Shown here: positions 53,057-64,000 of the stretch, piece by piece
Numbering within the stretch: the stretch's first letter is position 1
How the letters are laid out: each line of letters starts with the position of its first letter
Source of the DNA: Styela clava
Taxonomy: Eukaryota
Direction of reading: 5' to 3'
DNA length: 64,000 nucleotides
Assembly (NCBI RefSeq): GCF_964204865.1
Contig: NC_135255.1
Coordinates: 14,756,001 to 14,820,000 of the forward strand
Position numbers and translations under genes: made by a program
Notes under the pieces: model-generated
What the model was told of the DNA's origin: nothing
Database searches by the model: none
What the model saw: the letters and a program-made list of their open reading frames with translations, nothing else

Positions 53057-55009
53057 GAGTATAATGGATACATATCTCTCGAAAGCACAAGATCTATGCC
53101 GAAAAAAGGGAAAGCCGAGAACATCAAGGGTAAATCTTGTTGGTCGTTACAGATACCTCCCTCGAATGGTGGAAGAAGCGTTAGCCAATTATCGTTTGCG
53201 CAAATCCTCTTGCAGGCAGTAAACGCAGGTGAATGACAGATTTTTCTAAACCTTCAGAAGTTAAATCATAGGTTGGAAAGTTTAGAAACAAAATTATTTT
53301 ATCGCAGTAACTGAAGCCAGTAACTAGGGCACGCCTTATCAGCTGTACCGGGATAAATATGTAAATCATATCCAATCCTATACGGTGCTGACGTCATACC
53401 TAGGTAACGCATATAGTTTTGTTCTCCACGTTTATTCCATTTGCTGCAGTGGGACACGATACTAAGTCACGTTATCGCTGTAATTGTTTTTGTTATTATA
53501 TGATATTTTAAAGCAAATGCACAATATTGAGCATTCTATGTTTAAAGAAATTTTCCAATAAACATTCAACACAGTCCTGCCTTGTCAATAGATGAAAGTA
53601 TATCTTATGCTTTGATTTCGAATGAATTGTTTTCAATTCACTACTTTTATTAATTGAGTATTACAATATTGTAACTAATATATTTGAGAATTTACTTATG
53701 CAACTTACAAAAAAATTGAAAGGTTTTGCAGGAAGCTATTCACTGAAAGAGACAGTAAAGAAAATAAAGTGAATATTGTTAACGCTAATTTGGGGGTAAG
53801 AGGTTATATTCTAGTAAATGAGAAATTATGAAGCAGGGTGACATGTTTGAGTTATCGTGCATGGATGAATTGAAATATAACTATCTGAATTAGAACGATA
53901 TCGTTTTGTGATTTTTACCTAATTATTATTATCCTCAGGGGATTGCATACCGCAGCTAATGGCCTTTTCATGCAGAAATACCGTATATAGTATATTTCAT
54001 GACGGTAGTTCATTTACAATTTTATTTAAAGAAGGTTTTCCTCATTAAATTATTGACATATAATAATTTGCTTATATTTTTGATCTTATGAAATGTTCTG
54101 AAAATTAGGTGAAAGGTTATTAATATGAAGAATATTATATTACAATTATAAACAGTGCACAAATATGTACGGAATATTTCAGTTTATCGTTTTGCCATTG
54201 TAATCTAGAATGAACGAATTCGTCACCATAATATTCTCATTAAATGACATTGGCTGTGTAACATTTTAAGTTAAATTTGAATTAAAAAAGTTTTATAGCA
54301 TTCAAGCTATGGCAACCATATACTATGAACAACATTTACTGCTCGATAATCTGAAACTTCTTCAATAAGTTAAGATTCTAACTTTGTAATTAGCTTGATT
54401 GCATAATTAAAGATCAGTATTCAATAACAAAGTCATTAATCGCACCGATTTTCGATTGATCATCTATTTTGGAAGTTCTTGTTTGTTAAATTATATAAGA
54501 TATTATTTTCGATCAACAGTTAATAGTCATTTAATGTCACGCATGTATCATCTATATACAATGAATAACACGGTATGAAATGTCAATGCAAAGTTTTAAA
54601 CTATTTTTAAATTTAAAAAACATTTGATCATGATAAGATGTGCTGATAGAATGTATTGAATTGTGGATGTGAAGACGTAAACACCAACAAGTATTTTGTC
54701 TGGCCAAGTTTAAGTTTTGTTACCTACTAATCAAAATAAATTTTCTATAAGGTTATATTAGCATTTGATTCGTGAAGTCGTCGATATTACTGAAATGCGA
54801 CTGTCAGTGGTATTGCAAGTGACAGTAGCAACCCTTTGTTTACATATAAACTTATCACAAAGTGGGTAACAAACCGACATTCAATATAAAGTACCGAATT
54901 TAATTTACAAACGACCCCATACGTCTGTGAATATCCAGGAATGGAAACAAATCAGTTAAACTAATGAAGTTTTCCTTTTACAGATGTAGATCAGTTCATC
55001 CGCTGTCGG

Positions 55010-55976
55010 TAGGTTTTTTTTTTTTATCAATTTTCATGTTTTAAAACAAGGGCTTGTTTTAAATCAAATTTTTCCTGTATTTTTTGTATTTTTTATTGAA
55101 ATAGCCCTTGTATCGCCGCGGAACTATGCCAAAACGTTGCATTCTGGCAGCTGCACACGCAGCCGAAATTATAATTTCAAAAATGTAAGTAAATATTCTT
55201 ATTTTGATTTTGACTTCTATTGCGTACTGTTATCGCCACGTTTGTATCTCCACCAAAGTCATAAGATTTTAACCGAAATGTTTATCCGAGATATCAGAGA
55301 GACGTTTTGAGTAAGATAAATCATGAAACTCAGCTCACGAGCCTACTACAAATACAAAATCAGGGGCAGCCTGCGGCAAAACGAGTGGTTTTCGATAATG
55401 AAGAATATGCTTAATTCGGCGGCAGTCTACTGATATAAATGATTAGACACTCTAGCCTAGCCTATGCTAATTGTAGATGCAAAGACGCCACAACTAATCT
55501 GTTATGACGCATAGTATGGATTTCGAGTTCATGTATTGGCATTTTTCTCATAAAATGAAGGCATTGTTACGGTTAATACTGTTCGGTTAATTTATGCTTA
55601 GCATACTTTGTTTTTAAGGTTAAAGCGATAGAGTTTTTCAAGGTTATACAAACTCATTTATTCGATCGCATTTTAATTTTCGCAAAGTGGTTTCGTCGTA
55701 GCGGGGTCTTAAACGTAATGGCTTATCGGTTGCGTCTTAACTGCGCAAACCACTGAACTACAGCTTGAGGAGGTGTGTGTGAGCCTCTATCGATATTTAT
55801 GGCATTTTGAAAGATTTATTGCAAATGAGAAGCGCTTGGCATGTTTTTACATTCATTTTTCTTCAACCTATTTTATACAAAAAAATCAAATAGTACAGCC
55901 ATTCTGAACAAAACAGGCAAAAAAAACTTGATTTAAAACAATTGTTTTAAAACGATTCTTTTTGAACAAATCCCTA
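55010..55976. mobile_element. Non-autonomous hAT-type element
   Basis: Perfect TSD gctgtcgg (55002-55009 and 55977-55984); termini tagg / ccta; subterminal gttttaaa/tttaaaac repeats. Confidence 0.85.
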
Positions 55977-56943
55977 GCTGTCGGTGCAGTAAACACGCTA
56001 TAAATTGGAATAATTTTGAATCCAACTATTCGTATCCAGGTTTGGTGTAAGTTAAACAGATTAATAGTCAGTTCGACTTGATGATGGTGGCATCAAATAT
56101 TCACACAAGTCGTGATTATGGCAAATACACATTGTTATCTTTCACGCGGACGATTCTCATTTGCCATGCGAAACGTGTTTTTTGTTGTTTAGTTCCATAC
56201 TTGGATGGACGATAAATGTTATTTTAAATTTCAATTATTTTACCAACGAATTTTTCGTGTTCTTGCTGATGTCCAATTAAAATGTTTTTTTTTTTTCATT
56301 TACCCGTTTATTCCTAATAGTTCTCTCACTAACATTTGTACCCTTGACATTGGCTTCATATATTATTTCCAACTTTTTACTCGTTTTCTTTTATTTCAAC
56401 CACATCGTTCAACTTGGCAGACTGCTAACTTATACTAAACAAAAATTCATGAATTCAGTAATGGGATGTGAGTTGTGAATAAGTTCATATACGGATATTG
56501 CCATTAAAACTTTCATACTGAGTCATGCCATTTACAAGAGCCCTTGGTACTATCCCACTTTCTCCAGCGGGTTTCGGTTTCTCTTTGAACAACGCGACTC
56601 GTTTTCATCTACCAAGGACTTGCTCCTTATTCGGCACCCTGTGATAACATGATCTTTCGTTCTCACGTGTTCCTATATTGTACCAGGGTTTCGTTGTTTG
56701 CAAATACGTTTTTTTTATTTTCGCAGACTACAATATGGGAATATTAATATCTTCATTTATATATGCATTTTACTGTATTGTACACTCCACACCAGTGTTT
56801 CTCTCATTATTTAATGTATGTAGAAAACATAAGTTGTAGCATAACGTAGATGCTAGAGCAATGGGTCAAATCACGGGGTGGCGATGGGAAAATATAGTAG
56901 GCATCCAATTGAAATCAACATGGTTAGAAAATTCACAATTTTT

Positions 56944-57158
56944 GGTACTCCCATAGTATGTGAAACAAGATGGCGGACACCGGAACGTAGTATGTGTATC
57001 AAGTTAAGTTTAGGCCATAATTTTATTTCAATTTTCCCTATTTTAGTACTATTAGGAGTTCGGGGACTAGCCAAGTGACTTCCGTAGTATTTGTACCTGA
57101 AATTATGGCCTAACCCTAACCTGGCCCGCCATCTTGGTTCACATGCTACGGGAGTAGC
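56944..57158. mobile_element. Palindromic MITE copy
   Basis: ggtactcc...caagatggcggac ... ccgccatcttggttcacatgctacgggagtagc. Confidence 0.88.
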
Positions 57159-60100
57159 CAATTTCTACCTACATGAAACTAACATTTTCATTTTTGTTTT
57201 TACAAAGCTGATAACTTATTATTGGATGAGTCACCGATCAGGAAAATTATGGGTGGACTCGGTAGCTTCATAGATTAACTTTATACATTGCTGGTCATGT
57301 TAAAAACTTTGAAAATGCTTAATGATAATATCTAATTTATAGTTTTGAGTTTATTGTTTATTAAAACCGTATACAGATTAAAAAACAAACCGTCATGAAA
57401 ATATTAAAATCCTCAACACATTTCCTGTTTAGTCGGGTATTTGGGATATGCCGACGTGATCATAACCAATTTACATAACCACTGTTATAGAGAAATAACG
57501 TCATAATGCAAAGTAAGGATCAATCGTGATATATATCAACAATACAAGTATAACCAAGAAAGAAATGAAAACATTATAAAAACAAAACCGTTCACTTTTA
57601 ATTTCATTTATAAATTGGCATACACCACATAGCGTAAACTTTTAAATGGAATTTTATTTTTAAATTCTCATACATATATAGCGCGAAGGTTTTTGAAATG
57701 CAATTTTGGGTTTTATAGTGATATTAATCTATTACTGACACGGTAAAAGGCGTCGATTGAAAGTAAGTGTTTTTTCAAAATGCGTTATCGTCATTTATTT
57801 ATTTATTTATAGTTTATAGACATCCTATATACACCAAAATAAACTACTAAAATGTTATAGTTCAGCCCGTATCACGAAACAGAACAGATAGTTAGAGGAT
57901 AAGGTGGTCAGATTTCATTTCATTATTTACTGCAATTTTGTATGTATATAAGTGTAAATACATGTCGCCTTTTGACAATTTTATCATGAACATCGACATT
58001 TTTTATGTTTTGAAAAACGATAATTATTGTTTTTGTAGAGTACATTCTTTTGAGCAAAACTATGCATATGACTATATATAAGTATTTCAGGTTTTTGAAG
58101 GTAAAATGGGGTTGGCAGACTATCGCGCGGCTCGCTTCCTCAGTTGCAACGCTGAGGAATTTGGCACGTACTGGAGTGCTGTGAAAGTTGGATGGGGTGT
58201 TAAAATAAAAAATTCATGACTTCTCACTCATATTATTGTGGGAAACCTCGTTATAATGAAGTAATTGAAAAGATACTCATTTGTAAATTAGTCATTATTA
58301 GATAATTGAGCTTGTGAAATATAATTATGAGCTCACAATTACTTATGCATTAATCAATTATTAAGAACCTATGCATAAGCAGATTGTGCGAGAACATTAT
58401 CTCTTAACAATAGTTTACGGTGGATCGATGCTAAAAACATAAGCCTTGTTGTTAGATTTTGATTATGAAAACCATAAGGAGATGCGTATCAGATAGGAGT
58501 ATCTTGTCGAATATCGCTGAATCAGGCTTTTCAACGATTTCTAGTTTGTAGTACATTGGCATTGTCATTCGTGTCACTCGCGATCAGCATCCCACGCAGT
58601 TTTTGATACCTGATAAATTATGCTACCACGGAAAGGTTTGAGTTCATAAATAACATTAGCACACTCAAGTTCACATTTTTCTTTTGTTTGTTTTGTTCAG
58701 TTGTGAAAGGGAGAAAAGCATATTCCTAAATGTTGAGATCAATAGAAAATTTTGTAGCATAACAAAAATATTTTCTTTCTTATTAACATTTCTATAGTCA
58801 TAGCCTGTAAATGAACCTAAGAAAAAGTTCATGTGCAGCTTTGTATTCAAATTTTGATTTTGATTATTTCCTCATCAGTAGTAAAAACGTTATAATCGAT
58901 CGAATACTCACTGTATTTGACTATACCAATTGTGTCGAACACAAGATAGATTACAAAATGAGTCTTGCATTGCAGGTTTATTTTTTACATGTACTTAAAG
59001 CAATACTAGTGTGTGCGATGGCCCAATAGTTAAAGTTTTGAATTAGTCAAAAATTTTCGGTTGAAATCTTATAACCCTCACCTCACTCCAAGTTTATTAA
59101 ATTGAGGAGACAATTTCCATCTTTCAAAATTCTATAAAGCCTTTACCTATAATTAACTGCTTGCGCACAGCTCTGTTGGGTTTGACTGAACAATCACCGT
59201 TAGATATATAGAAATAAATAAATACTACGTTACTAACACAAAAAAAAAATTGAAATGATATTTGTAACAAACAGTTATTTTCAAAAAACTATTGTAATAA
59301 AATAAACATTGTTTTGGGTGAAATTTAAATCTATAACCAAGAAATGCTGATATTTCTCCTTGATTGTTTGACGCTAGCAATGTTTTTGAGTTTTTAAGCC
59401 GAACTTCATGATTTATGAAACGTGATTTCTATATTGATATGATCGTCATCATTGAGAATTACGACAGGAAATTTGAAACGGTAGAAAAACATTTAATAAT
59501 GATATTGAAACTGCGAATTGATTTTATCAAAATAATTTGTTATGAAAGTCAAAGATCATGTATAAGTATCGGAAGTTGTAGTGAGTTTACTATGAAACGA
59601 TTTCGAAGAAACATTTTGATTGTTATGTTTAATCTGATTGTTTGTAACTGTTTGAATGACTCATTGGAGAAAATAATCGTCATTTTACGTCAGTTTACGA
59701 AGAAATTTTGTAAGCAAATTGGTTATATTTTGACAGCACTAGCAAAAAGGGTTATAGTTATATATAACAAGCATATGTGGCACCATGTCCATTTGTGTCC
59801 AAGAGAGAAACAGACAGAGACGAAACTAGGAAGGAAGCTTATCAGTGGTATTAGAAAGTATCTCCTTAATTGTCCAGTACGAGTTCTCAATTTATCTATG
59901 ACTTATTTCGGCTAAAACGGTTTCTGACTCAAGCAGAATCAAGCGGTCAAAATTTGCATTGTCGGATGGATTATTTGTACTAACTACTGCACCCTATGTC
60001 GATTTTCTGTTTTTAATTAGTTCATGCTCTGTTTTTGTTAACGGGAAGAAAAACGCTTTTTGTGCCACCATATCGATTGAGTGCATTACTATGATCAAAA

Positions 60101-61265
60101 TACACATGTAAATTTGTTTTTTTATAATTTTTTAGTAGATATCATTAAACAATATTTATTTTGACTGTAACAAAATATTTTGCAATATTTAAAGAAATTT
60201 CAACGTGCGTTTAAAGACGTAAATTTTTTTCTATTTTTTATCTGAAGTTCTATTTTCATGAGATATCCGCATTTAAGTTACACGGTCATCAATATTTGAC
60301 CAATTTGACGTAATTTCATTCATGATTGAGGTCAGGTTGGGTCACTCAAAATCAATGACAATTTCTAAAAATAATATGAAAATGCAATTTAGGAGAAAAA
60401 ATACTTAAAATGGCATGATTGTACCATGATTGTAGGAAATTGAAGTAAAATTAACTTGAAACTAGGTGAACAGGAAAGGAAAAATCAAAAATAACCCTGA
60501 AAAATCGGATTGAAAAACTTCGAAATATTCTTACTTTTGGTACTTTTTATTGATGTGTATACGTATAAATAAATAATTTTCACACATTGTTAATATTTGA
60601 ATACTCGATGCCGAGTGTTGCGGTCATGTGACATCATTCGTGTGTTTCGTTAATGTAAGAATATGGTTATCTTGACGAAATAGAAGAAATGTTGAAATAA
60701 TACAATTATTTTTTAATATCAGAATCAATACTTTAGAATTTACTTTTGAATTTTTCACTGAAATATTTATGCCGATTAATCCATCTATTGTGGTTTGTAT
60801 CTACGTCATCATCTTGATATTCGCGTGTGTACCTATGACCTATAACGTTGATCAATGCTTGATCGAAAAACCAATTTATCTATATTATGGTCTGAGTTGT
60901 GTTGTAATATTGAATCGTGAATGCTAAGTTTCCTGTGTTTGGGTAAGTACCTTCAAATAGGAAAAATCATACCAAGATAGAGCATTTTTCAGAGACTGAT
61001 TTGACTGATTGCAAATTAATCCCATTCTATCGATTGAACTAGAAGAGTCTTAGGCTTGTTAAAGAAATATTTAAGCCTTCAAAATGCGACAGAATAAAGA
61101 TGATTGTTTTAATATTTAAATCTATGGACAAAAATAAAGTTTATTTTGGCTCTAGATTTGTATCTAGAAATGTATATCAAGAGACACTTTTACACTTTTA
61201 GGAAAGGTATTTACCTCGGCCTCTACTCCGTAGAAATATGATGTCATTTTTCTTTGTTTCATATT

Positions 61266-61946
61266 TGGACGTTGCGTTCCTGTATATTATCATAAATTTA
61301 TTATTCACGTCATTGCGTTCCGAACTGTCCCGAGTGCAGACTTGTTGTTGTTAGTATACGTCTGCTCGGTATTCTTCTTTTTGTTCATGTGGGGAAACTG
61401 GACCGATTGCTTTGCAATTTTTAGTGGTTCAAGATTGCTGCTGTTTTTCACCGTTAAGTTTTGTGTGATGACGTCTTTAAAGTTAAAAATTACACACCAT
61501 GTGGCGTTCCGCGATCACAATATAACCATCTGGGTATCAGCGAAATCGTGAGAGTTTGTTTCATAAGGTAGAGCAGAGCTACTCAACTGGCGGACCGCGG
61601 TCCGAATCCGGACCTTTCGAGTATTTGATTCGGACCGCAACTAATTCTTTATTTCGAATCATTAGCCCCACTTTTGAAGTTTCCTTTTATAAATGACTTT
61701 TATTGTTTTGAATATATATGAAAAGAACTATAACACCATAATATACAATCTCGATTAGCTGATATAATCATTAGCCGGTTGAGGAAGTGCGCGTTTAAGG
61801 ATGCCGAAATATAATTTCTGCAAACACCGGACCCAAATAATTGTGAAGTTTTGAATGCGGATCTTCGGTAAAAATAGTAGCCCTGAGGTAGAGTGTAGAA
61901 CTGTAGACTGTCAAAGCTTTGATACTATTTGAGCTGCTCTCTTGTT
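61266..61946 (+). mobile_element. Diverged HINE-like element interrupted by a hAT MITE (61574-61885)
   Basis: HINE core ggaccgattgctttgcaatttt and end gagctgctctcttgtt. The inner MITE runs cagagctactc...agtagccctg with a perfect TSD aggtagag. Confidence 0.72.
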
Positions 61947-61986
61947 TTTATGACAAAAATCTCACGTTACATTATTTTTCTAGACG

Positions 61987-64000
61987 ATGCATAGGTTGTT
62001 AGTACATGAACTGATCTTAATATGTATGGTTTTATTGATGCGTACAAGCCTATCACGCGAGGAAAACGTGACATCTCCATACGATGAAGTTACAAGATTG
62101 AACCAATCAGCAGATGTCGCTCGTGTTTCAAAATTTGTATCGTGTGAAGTTCTAAATCCATTAAAATTTAGAGAAAATATCTCCGTACAAAGCAAATGTT
62201 GCCGTTCTCTATATAAAACATTCCAAAAAAGATGGCGTAATATTGATAACAAACTTAGTGAATGGTTGAATTTGCTGAAATTATGGAAATGTCCACAATT
62301 TCGAAAGGAATGCGATTCGCCAACATTTCCTTTCAATGATTTCACGAAGACTTTATATAAACGATTCTGCAATCCTGAGAAATTTTATTCTGAATGCTCA
62401 AAAAAGTTATTTCCCAAAGAAATCGACACTTCGGGATCAGGATCAGGAATGCCGTTTGAAACAGACGAAAGTCCTGTTCATAACAAAACCGATTTTCAAA
62501 TGCTTCCTGCAAAATCCACCGTCATAAAAAGTCTGAAATTCGAAGAACTTTTCGAACCTTGTGTACAAGCATCATTAGTTGAAATTGGAGGAATGCCCAA
62601 ACAAGAAAATTTCTTCGAAATGAAAGTTGGAGATCTTCCTTTCTGTGAAATTGTTTGGTGTGCACTTCCAGCTGAAGTGTTCCTGACTAAAAAAGTGTCG
62701 ATTTCAATGTGTATGCCAATGCGGTAAGTATAGGTTACATGACATAATCAAATCTAGGGGCACAGTTCATTTCGAACATAGGCAACAATTATATTTTGTC
62801 TCATTGAACAGCCATTTCAATAGCATTTGTTTTGCAAAATAAAAGAATAAAATACTACGACAATGTTAATATATAAAACTGTCTCTATAAAACTTAGAAA
62901 AAACTAATTTTTCTAAATTTTTTTTCTGATTATATCCAGTTTAATTTTTTTTTATTTTCTATACAGATGCAAAGTAAACATGTACGTGTTTATGTCGTTT
63001 GCGGGACTTTTAGGGTTAGCAATCATTTGTACCAATATCACTGTACTCGTCGTCTTTTCTGTGAAGAAGCATTCAATGAATAGCCAGCGATTATACAAAA
63101 TATCATTAGCAGTCGCTGATTTACTGGTTGGTCTAGTCGTGCTTCCAACAATGATCACCACGATACACGAAAGCTTCAATTTTCACCATGAGGTGATTGA
63201 TACTGTTGATAAATACGGAAGGAATATCACAACAATAACAGATGTGTTATCATCATATGAGTTTCTAGGAATCTCAGGATTCTTCACAACGCTTTCCTTG
63301 TCTGTCTCGATTTACACACTCATGGTTGCCAGTTTTGATCGACTTATGGTTGTATATAAACCTCTTGAATACAACAAGTTTCGTGCCATATCAATTGCAA
63401 AGATTCTTATAGCTATTGTCTGGATATTGTGTTTGATTTTTTCTCTCCTACCGTTTGCTGTTGATGGCCTGTTCTATGCATTCGTTGCATCTGTTGTTGT
63501 ATCACTAGGTGGGGGATCAGCTTTAATTTTATATTCCGTAGTCATGGTGATTCCCCTGTTAATAGTATGGGGAACGAACATCGCGACCTTGTCATTATTC
63601 AAACGAAACGCCGGGAATGCTCGGATGCCAGCATCTAACGCCCAAACAAACCAAAATAAAACTGAGAACCAGCTTGTGAAAACTTTATCTGTTATGGTCG
63701 GTGTTTTTACTTTTTGTCTCATACCATTGGTGCTTCTTACAATCTCGCAGTTCTTCGTAAGCGGGATTTATCTGAATGATCCGAAAAACTTCAACCAAAG
63801 TTCGTCGTCAATTATGATGTCATTCGAAGCTGTCACTGTACTTATACTAATGTCAAATAGTTTATGGAATATTTTCATTTACAATGGAAGAAGCCCCGAA
63901 TTCAGATCGATGAGTAGAGAACTCTTCAGAAGTATTACCGGTAAAATTCAGCAACAATTTTCTTGCAACAAGTTACATCGTCATCAAGAAAAAGGTGGAA
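61987..64000 (+). CDS. Class A (rhodopsin-like) orphan GPCR with a large Cys-rich N-terminal ectodomain; 3' end outside the window
   Basis: Exon 61987-62723 (signal peptide plus ectodomain) splices to 62967-end, which is open to the window edge. TM1 ...ICTNITV, TM2 SLAVADLLVGLVVLP, TM3 ASFDRL...PLEY, TM4 W, TM6 FTFCLIP, TM7 SNSLWNIFIY, helix 8 PEFR. Confidence 0.92.

Noticed and set aside
52923-53222. ORFs beginning inside repeats (also 2442, 20666, 22054, 24469, 56871)
   Set aside because: They are translations of MITE or HINE sequence.
58135-58160. Hairpin ttcctcag...ctgaggaa
   Set aside because: An 8-bp stem alone is not enough to call an RNA element.
59415-59915. 166-aa ORF
   Set aside because: Composition typical of AT-rich non-coding sequence; no domain or splice support.

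Overview
AT-rich, intron-containing animal DNA. The short GT-AG introns, the MITE/SINE landscape and the GPCR type suggest an ascidian/tunicate, but this is inference. Spliced genes I could assemble by hand: (1) parvin (-, 254-4967, last exon outside the window); (2) a 5-exon, 174-aa secreted protein not recovered by the ORF track, with a compact C-type-lectin-like domain, a Ser/Thr stalk and a probable GPI signal (+, 17932-21015); (3) a nearly intronless ABCC5/MRP5-like transporter (-, 24813-29574); (4) a single-coding-exon ST6GalNAc-type sialyltransferase (-, 35457-36407), divergent from (5) ACTR6/Arp6 (+, 37545-45657), whose third intron holds a 5-kb hAT-type element carrying a ~104-bp tandem array; (6) a tandem-RWD + RING-H2 gene (-, 45737-48762) whose stop is 79 bp from the ACTR6 stop; (7) a class A GPCR with a 12-Cys ectodomain (+, from 61987, runs off the window). 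Intergenic DNA is dense with non-autonomous elements: hAT types with 8-bp TSDs, a palindromic MITE carrying YY1-like and TTAGGG motifs, Helentron-like HINEs, a tRNA-derived SINE and a Harbinger transposase remnant, often nested. There are also two candidate decayed or TE-interrupted genes. All exon boundaries were read manually and no database search was run.
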